A stretch of DNA of 32,166 nucleotides from a virus, in the IMG/VR virus record IMGVR_UViG_3300021963_000428, positions 1 to 32,166 of that record; one strand, given 5' to 3'. How positions within the stretch are numbered: position 1 is the stretch's first letter; the number at the start of each line of letters is the position of its first letter. Below, in pieces: positions 1-6,282 of this stretch. The notes under the pieces are model-generated. The model saw only the letters and a program-made list of their open reading frames with translations. It was not told the DNA's origin and searched no databases. Made by a program: the position numbers and the translations under genes.

Positions 1-508
1 CTGCCCATTGATTTAGGTTGTTAGTCTCCCAGAACCAGCAAGCTGATTGGGCGGCACCCTCAAATGTAGACATATACTGACTAGCCTCTTCTGGGCTAAT
101 GTTTATAGACTCTGCAAACCAAAAATAATTATCTTTACCTGTTAACTGGATTAGACCTCTACCAGAGTATCTATATCCGTCTCCTGAAGCCTCATCCCCA
201 TTACCCATACGATTAGCATAGACTTTATTAGCAATAGCTTCAGGTTTCTGAGCAAATTGTTTAGCCAATTCATCTGTAGGGAAATACTTAGGGAAGATTT
301 TACGGAGTGTCTCCCAACGATAGTTGAGATTTTCTTTAATTGTTGTAAACTCACCTGATTCATGGGCGCATTGTGCTACAAAGGCTGCAATACGTCTCTC
401 ATTATCAATACCATAGTCTGGGAGTAATTGTTTTAAAGCACCATGCCAATATTCCACATGTTTATTCCGTGGAATTAGTTGTCTTAGTTGATCTAGTGAT
501 AGGTTCAT
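1..508 (-). CDS. Endolysin, glycoside hydrolase family 19 (chitinase-like lysozyme), truncated by window edge
   Basis: Absent from ORF track because it runs off the window. My translation from ATG 508..506: MNLSLDQLRQLIPRNKHVEYWHGALKQLLPDYGIDNERRIAAFVAQCAHESGEFTTIKENLNYRWETL...GDGYRYSGRGLIQLTGKDNYFWF...AAQSACWFWETNNLNQWA, with no stop through position 2. The AQCAHESG, YRxxGRGxIQLTGxxNY and WFW blocks are the GH19 phage lysin signature. ATGA overlap with the upstream lipoprotein gene. Confidence 0.85.
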   Translation of the reverse strand, partial: MNLSLDQLRQLIPRNKHVEYWHGALKQLLPDYGIDNERRIAAFVAQCAHESGEFTTIKENLNYRWETLRKIFPKYFPTDELAKQFAQKPEAIANKVYANRMGNGDEASGDGYRYSGRGLIQLTGKDNYFWFAESINISPEEASQYMSTFEGAAQSACWFWETNNLNQWA

Positions 509-768
509 TTAAGTGCCTCAAAAAGTTTCTTTTGTTCAGTATACCACTCATTCCAGGCCTCTACACGATTAGCGCATAAGTGATACTCTGAATAGTTAGT
601 GATAATAGTCTTTGTAAGTTCTGATAGCTCAGGCTTCTCATCTGCTGACTTTAGCTTAGGGCAGAGAGTAGTTAACTCTTTAGGTGCTAAAGGAAACTTA
701 GCTACTACAGGTACTACAGTAGAGCATCCTGTTAGTGTTAACAATAGAATAGCTAGTAGGTATTTCAT
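505..768 (-). CDS. Outer-membrane lipoprotein, o-spanin (Rz1-like) candidate
   Basis: N-terminus MKYLLAILLLTLTGCS is a signal peptide plus lipobox L-T-G-C. 87 aa. 4-nt overlap with the upstream membrane/coiled-coil gene and ATGA overlap with the endolysin gene. Confidence 0.75.
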   Translation of the reverse strand: MKYLLAILLLTLTGCSTVVPVVAKFPLAPKELTTLCPKLKSADEKPELSELTKTIITNYSEYHLCANRVEAWNEWYTEQKKLFEALK

Positions 769-1154
769 TGTGTAACTGCCTTATTATGTATTGTAATAAC
801 CTCTGGAGGAATCTTACATTGATCATTGTATTTAACAATCTCACGATCAACATACTGGATTTGAACTTCAGCAGCTTCCTTAACAATCTTTTCTTTTGTT
901 AATACTTTAGTTACTATTTTAGTATTTACAATTTCTTTCTTAGCATCTAACTCAACTATTTTCTTTTCAAGTTGAATAACTCTGTCTTGCCATATTTTAT
1001 CAGCAGTCTTAAATCCAATAAGGAATAATGATAAGAAAATTACTCCGACAGCAATAGGCCTGTATACTTCAAACTCTTTGATAAGCCATCCAAATAACCC
1101 TATCATTAGAGTTATAAACAATAGCCAAGTAGGTATATAGTTTAGTATAAACAT
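765..1154 (-). CDS. Membrane-anchored coiled-coil protein, i-spanin (Rz-like) candidate with two N-terminal hydrophobic segments
   Basis: The track's TTG start at 1208 would run through the tRNA at 1172-1244. The first ATG is at 1154 (MFILNYIPTW...) and is preceded by AAGGAATAAA. Hydrophobic segments IPTWLLFITLMIGLFGWLI and PIAVGVIFLSLFLIGF are followed by a K/E-rich coiled-coil-like stretch and C-terminal CKIPPEV. The lipoprotein gene follows directly. Confidence 0.65.
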   Translation of the reverse strand: MFILNYIPTWLLFITLMIGLFGWLIKEFEVYRPIAVGVIFLSLFLIGFKTADKIWQDRVIQLEKKIVELDAKKEIVNTKIVTKVLTKEKIVKEAAEVQIQYVDREIVKYNDQCKIPPEVITIHNKAVTQ

Positions 1155-1171
1155 TTTATTCCTTAAAAGAA

Positions 1172-1244
1172 GAGCGATAGTGGGACTCGAACTCACATTC
1201 CGAAGCAATTAAATCCTCGATTCTACCTATTAAATTATATCGCT
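1172..1244 (-). tRNA. tRNA with anticodon UAA by position (nominally Leu) but class I architecture; identity uncertain
   Basis: Minus-strand cloverleaf: AGCGATA-TA-ATTT-AATAGGTA-GAAT-C-GAGGA-TTTAATT-GCTTC-GGAAT-GTGAG-TTCGAGT-CCCAC-TATCGCT-C. It has 7/7 acceptor pairs, U8, A14, G18G19 and a canonical T-loop. The variable loop is 5 nt and no CCA is encoded. Confidence 0.7.
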
Positions 1245-1288
1245 CTAGTGACGCCTTTTACTGTAGCGACAACAGCCCTAAGGTGGGT

Positions 1289-1717
1289 TCATTTAAAACC
1301 ATGAGATTCGCCATATGTGAGGTCATAGTTGAATGTTAGTTCTTCATCCTTGTTAATAGTCTTAATAGAGATAAAATCACCTGCTTCATTTAATGCCATA
1401 TTAGGCTCAAATGAGTGATTCAGATATCTTAATAAGCTAACATAATTAAAGCCTAATCTAGGTACAAATACCCGATTATTATCAGTATAGCAATATTTAT
1501 TTACTGTTGGTATTAACCATTCAGGTATCTTTTGTATATCTACAATAACCTCATGATATGAGTCGTTATCAATATCAGGATTGCTAAATGGATTAATACT
1601 AAAAGGTATATCCCTAATAGCAAATACACCTATGCCTTGTATATTAGAAGGTCTTAACTCACAGTATACATTATCAAGATGATTGATAACTTCTGGAGTA
1701 TTTATAATTGTATTCAT
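1289..1717 (-). CDS. SET-domain protein (putative protein lysine methyltransferase)
   Basis: QGIGVFAIRDIP (GxG block), RYLNHSFEPN (NHSxxPN block) and EELTFNYD (ELxFDY block) occur in the canonical SET order within about 142 aa. The track start at 1855 lies inside tRNA-Gly. I use ATG 1717 (MNTIINTPEV); ATG 1756 is an alternative. Confidence 0.7.
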   Translation of the reverse strand: MNTIINTPEVINHLDNVYCELRPSNIQGIGVFAIRDIPFSINPFSNPDIDNDSYHEVIVDIQKIPEWLIPTVNKYCYTDNNRVFVPRLGFNYVSLLRYLNHSFEPNMALNEAGDFISIKTINKDEELTFNYDLTYGESHGFK

Positions 1718-1785
1718 ATTATTAACTTGGATGAGAAATAACGCTGAATATCTCATGAACTTAATCACTTGACTATCAGAAGGTT

Positions 1786-1861
1786 TGGAGCGGATACTCG
1801 GATTCGAACCGAGACCCCTAGCTTGGAAGGCTATGATGCTAGCCGTTAACACCATATCCGC
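1786..1861 (-). tRNA. tRNA-Gly (anticodon UCC), CCA encoded
   Basis: GCGGATA-TG-GTGT-TAACGGCTA-GCAT-C-ATAGC-CTTCCAA-GCTAG-GGGT-CTCGG-TTCGAAT-CCGAG-TATCCGC-T-CCA. The acceptor and T stems pair perfectly and the anticodon loop is CU-UCC-AA. Confidence 0.9.
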
Positions 1862-1865
1862 TTAT

Positions 1866-1941
1866 TGGTTGCGAAGGAAGGACTCGCACCTCCGACCTCT
1901 GGGGTATGAACCCAGCGCTCTTCTAACTGAGCTACCTCGCC
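1866..1941 (-). tRNA. tRNA with CAU anticodon (Met family; initiator-like features, lysidine-type Ile2 not excluded), CCA encoded
   Basis: GGCGAGG-TA-GCTC-AGTTAGAA-GAGC-G-CTGGG-TTCATAC-CCCAG-AGGTC-GGAGG-TGCGAGT-CCTTC-CTTCGCA-A-CCA. It has a G1/A72 mismatch, three G:C pairs closing the anticodon stem, and A73. The T-loop reads TGCGAGT, with G at position 55. Confidence 0.8.
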
Positions 1942-2231
1942 TATTTAAATTTATTTGTCCACTTAACTACCCATGCCCAGTAAGCAGCACTCATTCTGCC
2001 CTTCTGGATATCAGCTTTATGTCTAGCATAGAAAGCTTCTCTACGTGACTGATAGGAGTCGGACTCACCATCTTTTGGAGGAGAGCCTGTAACACCTTGA
2101 GCACCAAAGCGGATTAGCTTGATAGTGTCACCTTCTTTAGCTAATACGGCATGAGAATTAGTAGAATTACCTGGGGTTTTCTTTGGCTTATTATAGCCTT
2201 CAAAAGTTTCACCACGATAATCAATAGCCAT
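1941..2231 (-). CDS. Conserved-looking hypothetical protein (96 aa, basic; C-terminal MSAAYWAWVVKW)
   Basis: ORF track. ATG at 2231 with AAAGG upstream. The stop codon TAG (1943..1941) shares one base with the 5' end of the CAU tRNA. Confidence 0.65.
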   Translation of the reverse strand: MAIDYRGETFEGYNKPKKTPGNSTNSHAVLAKEGDTIKLIRFGAQGVTGSPPKDGESDSYQSRREAFYARHKADIQKGRMSAAYWAWVVKWTNKFK

Positions 2232-2280
2232 GGTTACTTACCTTTAGGTTTAGGTGGTTTTTTCTTTTTATCGTTGTACA

Positions 2281-2499
2281 TTATTTTTTCTCCTTTTGAG
2301 GATATAAAATATCTGATTGTTTATCAAAACAATATTTTGTAATAGTTGTTGTGTTATCTACTACCATTTTAGCCCAAGCTGTTTGAGCATCAATAAAGTC
2401 ATTAGCTACTTTATTTAGGGTAGGATCAGTAATGACCTTGTTAGTAAAGTCATGCTTGAGACTCTGAAAAGAGTTAATATAAAATTGGGGTGTAAACAT
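2281..2499 (-). CDS. Hypothetical protein (72 aa)
   Basis: ORF track. ATG start 9 nt downstream of the terL stop. No motif recognised. Confidence 0.55.
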   Translation of the reverse strand: MFTPQFYINSFQSLKHDFTNKVITDPTLNKVANDFIDAQTAWAKMVVDNTTTITKYCFDKQSDILYPQKEKK

Positions 2500-2508
2500 A
2501 TAGTTCCT

Positions 2509-3834
2509 TTAAAACATAAAGCCTTTAGTGACTGTCTTAGTACCTGAACGAACAGGAAATAAGTATTCAACAGCATAACGAAGAGCATCTGTCCAATGTT
2601 CTATGTTTTCAGATTTAGATATCTGTGCTGTGTTTGGATTATTTTCAACCCATACAGTTCTTTCTAAAGAGCGTATTGTGTGTTCTGCTCTTGGATGAAT
2701 ATACATATCTATATCACCATTAGCATTCTTAAACTTACGATTAACAGCAGCTACAGAGTCAACAATAGGAGGAGCAGCTCTATGTGCTCTACAGACAATA
2801 CCATAGCTCTCTAAGATAGAGAAGTCAGTAGCTCCTGCAACAGCACTAGTCTTTCTAGCACGTCCTGCAGGGTCTGGATAAGCAAATATCCTGTGTCCCT
2901 TGTCCTTGAATTGTGTCTTAAGCTTTTTAGCTAATTGTTCGGTATCGAGTACATTTTGCATGTCTTCTAGGATATGAATCTGTCCAGCTCTAACAGCAAA
3001 GACTACAGCCGCCATAATACCAATGTTAAAGTCGATAGCCACATGGACATCTTCTTTGTTTGCTGTCTCTATATTGAAATAAGGAAGATCAGCAGTAACA
3101 TGAGTTCTACGATCAAACATGTAGAATACCTTAGCACCAGAGTCTTCAAAGGAACACTCATACTCTCTAGCAAACTTCATAGGATCGATTAAACGCTTAG
3201 TCCTCTCGATCTCTTGTACAGATAAAAATGGAGAGTCTCGGTAGGTGTACCTAAAGGTCTTCCAGCGGCTATCCATTGTCTCAAAGTTAGTCATGTCATA
3301 AAAGTAGTTCATACCTTTAGGAGTACCAATAATGAGAGCCTTATGGTTGCCTGCCCAACGTGTAGTCATAGCAGGCTGAATGATAGATTCCCAAGACTCT
3401 TTAAGTCCTGGCTGACCAGTCCAATCAGAGACCTCATCTCCAACAACAAAGTATTGACCTGATCCTCGCATCCTCTCAGATGCTTCATAAGACCATAACT
3501 TAAGCTTAACATTATTTGGAAACCAGAATGTTCCAGCTGTCTGGGAAGACTTTTCAGCATAGTCCTCTAGACCTAAGTTATAGGCTAACAGTGGCCAATA
3601 AATATCTAATGACTGTTGATATGTAGGACAGATGATCGAAACATTCTTGTTAGGAACATCTTCGTCCATATCCAGTAGCTCATGCACAGCCATTGTAGCT
3701 GCAACACTAGCAAGGTAACTTTTACCAAATCCTCGTGAGGCGACTGTAGCAGCATATCTTGTGCCACCCTTCTCAGAGAACAAATACTTTAATACTTCAG
3801 ACTGACCTCGATGTAATTTAATTTCATTTGACAT
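2509..3834 (-). CDS. terL: Terminase large subunit
   Basis: 441 aa. Walker A-like ASRGFGKSYL and Walker B-like QYFVVGDEVSDW are followed by a C-terminal nuclease-sized region. It follows a small-subunit-like gene. Confidence 0.85.
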   Translation of the reverse strand: MSNEIKLHRGQSEVLKYLFSEKGGTRYAATVASRGFGKSYLASVAATMAVHELLDMDEDVPNKNVSIICPTYQQSLDIYWPLLAYNLGLEDYAEKSSQTAGTFWFPNNVKLKLWSYEASERMRGSGQYFVVGDEVSDWTGQPGLKESWESIIQPAMTTRWAGNHKALIIGTPKGMNYFYDMTNFETMDSRWKTFRYTYRDSPFLSVQEIERTKRLIDPMKFAREYECSFEDSGAKVFYMFDRRTHVTADLPYFNIETANKEDVHVAIDFNIGIMAAVVFAVRAGQIHILEDMQNVLDTEQLAKKLKTQFKDKGHRIFAYPDPAGRARKTSAVAGATDFSILESYGIVCRAHRAAPPIVDSVAAVNRKFKNANGDIDMYIHPRAEHTIRSLERTVWVENNPNTAQISKSENIEHWTDALRYAVEYLFPVRSGTKTVTKGFMF

Positions 3835-4038
3835 TTAAACGTATAGATCTACATTATCTTTGGTTAGAACACTCTTACGAGTTCTTGAGTTAATTTCTTC
3901 AAGTTTCCTATAAAACTCAGCTAAGTCTGCTCTAGCTTGGAGACCTTCTCGAAATACTTTGTCAGAAGCTTCCTTAAGTGCATTGTATTGTTCTTGGTAC
4001 TTCGTCATGCTGTATTCAGCCGTAGGTGTAATTCTCAT
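3835..4038 (-). CDS. Hypothetical protein (67 aa, helical/charged)
   Basis: ORF track. ATG start; its stop abuts the terL ATG with no gap. Confidence 0.55.
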   Translation of the reverse strand: MRITPTAEYSMTKYQEQYNALKEASDKVFREGLQARADLAEFYRKLEEINSRTRKSVLTKDNVDLYV

Positions 4039-4104
4039 AGTAATCCTTTTATAACGTATACTTTTTACATCAAAATTATTCTTTTTATTTGTATGTATAC
4101 TTAA

Positions 4105-4488
4105 TTATTCATTTGTAAAGACAATCTTAAGTGGCTTCTTGTCCTCAATTACCTGTTCGCTCTTCTCAGGAACCTGTCTGTAGCCATATCTCATCAGCGT
4201 ATTCATGACATTCGTCTGGATGCTCAAGAGATTCGCCAGAGCAATTGCTGAGTACTTAGTCTCGCCACTCTCCATATCGTTTATCTTATTCTGCACCTTG
4301 TAGTAGTGATCTACAAGCTTCTCAATAGGATCAAAACCTAATGTTTGAAGTTTCTTTACAGACTCTTTAGAGTAAATCGTGGTAGTCCCTTTAGGGCGAC
4401 CCTGTCCAGGTCTAAAACCAGCACGGGTTCTCTCTGATACATTTGGATCTTGGACTACCTCTTTATTTTCAGAGGTATCATTAGTCAT
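4105..4488 (-). CDS. Putative terminase small subunit
   Basis: 127 aa. Basic N-terminal GFRPGQGRPKGTT, then a helical region. It lies two genes upstream of terL. The assignment rests on position and composition only. Confidence 0.45.
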   Translation of the reverse strand: MTNDTSENKEVVQDPNVSERTRAGFRPGQGRPKGTTTIYSKESVKKLQTLGFDPIEKLVDHYYKVQNKINDMESGETKYSAIALANLLSIQTNVMNTLMRYGYRQVPEKSEQVIEDKKPLKIVFTNE

Positions 4489-4490
4489 TG

Positions 4491-4775
4491 TTAGCCTTTG
4501 TTTGTTGTTCTGCGAGTTGTCTTGGCAGGAGCCTTTACAACAGGAGTAATATTGTTCTTATGTAGTTGAATCTTTAAGTCAGAGATCATAGTTAACAACT
4601 CTTCTCTATCTCTCAAGAGCCTATCAACCTTGCTCTCTAGTTTCTTTACCTCGGACATCAATAGCTCAGTAAGCTGATCATGGGCCTGTTGTCGTTGTTT
4701 ATCTTTATTATGCAAGTAAGTCCAGAAGGCACCAGTACTTAACACAACAATAGCTACTTGTAGAATTGAATCCAT
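4491..4775 (-). CDS. Single-pass membrane protein with coiled-coil and basic tail; holin candidate by synteny
   Basis: The hydrophobic segment ILQVAIVVLSTGAFWTYL is followed by a heptad-like region and a C-terminal KTTRRTTNKG. It is the first gene after promoter copy A and sits directly upstream of the terS-like gene. T7 has the same order, with holin gene 17.5 before gene 18. Confidence 0.35.
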   Translation of the reverse strand: MDSILQVAIVVLSTGAFWTYLHNKDKQRQQAHDQLTELLMSEVKKLESKVDRLLRDREELLTMISDLKIQLHKNNITPVVKAPAKTTRRTTNKG

Positions 4776-4814
4776 TTTAATTCCTTTTATTAGTTTCTTA
4801 ACCCTGTTTCCTGG

Positions 4815-4847
4815 GATGCACCTTCTACTGTTTTTCAGTAGTGCATC
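4815..4847 (-). other. Bulged 12-bp RNA hairpin in the leader of the late operon
   Basis: gatgca(4815-4820) pairs with tgcatc(4842-4847), and ctactg(4825-4830) pairs with cagtag(36-41). There is a 4-nt bulge (cctt) and a T5 loop. No U-run follows on the transcribed strand, so it is not a terminator. Confidence 0.5.
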
Positions 4848-5025
4848 AACACAAGTCCCACAGAGACGAATATTTAAATAATATTTTAAAAAGTACTTTT
4901 AGAAATAATCTTTATAATATTATTTTATTAATAATAACAACGATAATAACGATAGTATTAATGCTACCGCTATAAGGTTACTCCTTTAATATTAACCCCC
5001 TATATCCCCCTTTGTAGGGTTTCTT

Positions 5026-5044
5026 CTTTAGCGTCACCTGGTAG
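5026..5044 (-). promoter_or_regulatory. Phage RNAP promoter, copy A (SP6-like)
   Basis: The minus strand reads CTACCAGGTGACGCTAAA-G(+1, pos 5026)-AAG. The -17..-1 sequence TACCAGGTGACGCTAAA is shared with copies at 5648-5666 and 28782-28800. The AGGTGAC core, CTA-A and G-AAG start match the SP6 promoter ATTTAGGTGACACTATAGAAG. Confidence 0.75.
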
Positions 5045-5051
5045 TTTTTGA

Positions 5052-5127
5052 CAAAAAAAAAAAGAAATACCCTCCAGAGTACCCCTCAACCACCCCCGAA
5101 GGAGCAGTCAAAGAGTACCCTGGAGGG
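5052..5127 (-). terminator. Compound rho-independent terminator after the SleB-like gene
   Basis: Outer stem 5070-5082 / 5115-5127 has 13 bp, including one pair that is G.U only in minus-sense RNA. The inner stem-loop is CUCC-UUCG-GGGG. On the minus strand it is followed by UAUUUC-U11 (A-run 5053-5063 on plus). Confidence 0.75.
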
Positions 5128-5141
5128 TGGTTTTGCTAAAG

Positions 5142-5630
5142 TCAAGCCTTAGCATAAAATATATGGTTTCCAATCTGAGCAGTCTTTAGTACAGTCTTAG
5201 CCCATTGTGGATTAACTCTGGAAGCGTGATAGAACACTGCTCCCTTAGTGGGATCTTTGTAGAGTCCCTTCAAGTATGCTGAAGCAATAGCTCTAGCAGT
5301 TTTGAATTGTTCGTTTTCTCTAGGTAAATGTTTACTTATTAGTAACTCTTTAACCCATGAGAATTGGTATGGTTGATATACAACCTGACATATTGAGGAA
5401 GGATAACCCTTAGTCAATACTCTATTTACAGTTACAGCGGCTACTGCAATCTGACCTTGGAGGGACTCTCCTCTAGCTTCGTGATAGATATTACGGGCTA
5501 GACAATCAATCTCAGTAGACTTATTGACTACCGAGAGAGGTTTAGGATCTAAGTTTAAGTACTGTGACTCAACTTTATCCAATGCACTGAAGGGTATTAA
5601 ACCCAGCGTGAAAATGGCTAAAAGTCTCAT
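5142..5630 (-). CDS. Secreted cell wall hydrolase, SleB / Hydrolase_2 family
   Basis: ARNIYHEARGES, GQIAVAAVTVNRV and SICQVVYQPYQFSW blocks. The N-terminal hydrophobic MRLLAIFTLGLIPFSAL could be a signal or SAR-type anchor. Confidence 0.8.
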   Translation of the reverse strand: MRLLAIFTLGLIPFSALDKVESQYLNLDPKPLSVVNKSTEIDCLARNIYHEARGESLQGQIAVAAVTVNRVLTKGYPSSICQVVYQPYQFSWVKELLISKHLPRENEQFKTARAIASAYLKGLYKDPTKGAVFYHASRVNPQWAKTVLKTAQIGNHIFYAKA

Positions 5631-5647
5631 TTTTGTTACCTTTCTCT

Positions 5648-5666
5648 CTTTAGCGTCCCCTGGTAG
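5648..5666 (-). promoter_or_regulatory. Phage RNAP promoter, copy B (SP6-like)
   Basis: The minus strand reads CTACCAGGGGACGCTAAA-G(+1, pos 5648)-AGAGAAAGG. It sits in the 38-nt gap between the stop at 5669 and the ATG at 5630, giving an 18-nt leader that contains AAAGG. Confidence 0.7.
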
Positions 5667-5668
5667 TT

Positions 5669-5890
5669 TTAGCTGATAAATACTGCCTTTTCTTGCTTGT
5701 TAAATGGGAAGTTATTGTTAGGGAGCACTAACTCATGAGGACCATAGTACCACTCTTCGTTTACATCTAGAGCAATAGTACAGTCACCTGTTCCAGTAAT
5801 CTCAGTAACTCCTCCTTCGTAACCTGCCTTAACGACGATTACTTCAGGGTTTAGCTTACTCAGCTGTTCAATTAACTCTTTAACTTTCAT
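5669..5890 (-). CDS. Hypothetical protein (73 aa)
   Basis: ORF track. ATG with AAGGATAAATAT upstream. Confidence 0.6.
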   Translation of the reverse strand: MKVKELIEQLSKLNPEVIVVKAGYEGGVTEITGTGDCTIALDVNEEWYYGPHELVLPNNNFPFNKQEKAVFIS

Positions 5891-5902
5891 ATTTATCCTT
5901 AG

Positions 5903-6082
5903 TTACAGTTTATGTCTAAGTAATTCTCGACATTTATTACGTTCTTCAGGGGTAAAGTCAGGACTTATCTCAGCAATAGAACAATCCTTTCTTGCCTGAT
6001 AAGAAGGGTCTGTTATTGCTGAATGAATAATACCACCACAAACTATTACAATAATAACAAAATAAAGAAAATAAACTTTCAT
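5903..6082 (-). CDS. Small secreted/membrane-anchored protein (59 aa), not in ORF track
   Basis: My translation: MKVYFLYFVIIVIVCGGIIHSAITDPSYQARKDCSIAEISPDFTPEERNKCRELLRHKL. ATGA overlap with the stop of the gene at 6079. It fills the otherwise empty gap 5891-6078. Confidence 0.5.
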   Translation of the reverse strand: MKVYFLYFVIIVIVCGGIIHSAITDPSYQARKDCSIAEISPDFTPEERNKCRELLRHKL

Positions 6083-6282
6083 GTGTTCTTCTCCTTGAGT
6101 TTAGCTTGTATTTTTTGAAAAGCTACAAGATAGTTACCACGCTCTGCAATTTGACATGCTTCAAGAAAGTCCTGATCACTCAATCCAATCCAGTCTTTTC
6201 TTACAACCTCTACAGTTGGATCCTTGCTTCTGTGGTCATGCCAAGAACAACCCATAAGAAAACAATCTTGATCAATTTTCAT
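6079..6282 (-). CDS. Hypothetical protein (67 aa)
   Basis: ORF track; ATG start. Confidence 0.55.
   Translation of the reverse strand: MKIDQDCFLMGCSWHDHRSKDPTVEVVRKDWIGLSDQDFLEACQIAERGNYLVAFQKIQAKLKEKNT

Noticed and set aside
1172-1244. Reading the odd tRNA as an ochre suppressor (anticodon UUA), or taking it as evidence of stop-codon reassignment.
   Set aside because: Shifting the loop register to expose UUA destroys the anticodon stem, leaving no more than one pair. TAA, TAG and TGA all terminate well-supported genes in the window at sensible lengths.
1718-1855. The N-terminal 46-codon extension of the SET-domain ORF as given in the track (start 1855).
   Set aside because: The extension is the reverse-strand reading of tRNA-Gly (1786-1861). 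The ATG at 1855 lies inside the tRNA acceptor/D region, and the SET homology starts only after the ATG at 1717.
4939-4956. The possibility of a CRISPR array or a larger tandem-repeat locus in the window.
   Set aside because: The only tandem repeat I saw is the 9-mer AACGATAAT/AACGATAGT duplicated once within the AT-rich tract. No repeat-spacer periodicity appears anywhere in the window.
4960-4990. A leader peptide after the strong UAAAGGAG in the late-operon leader (a possible ATA-initiated IAVALILSLLSLLLLIK).
   Set aside because: There is no ATG, GTG or TTG at a workable distance from the Shine-Dalgarno sequence. An ATA start is too unusual to propose from sequence alone.
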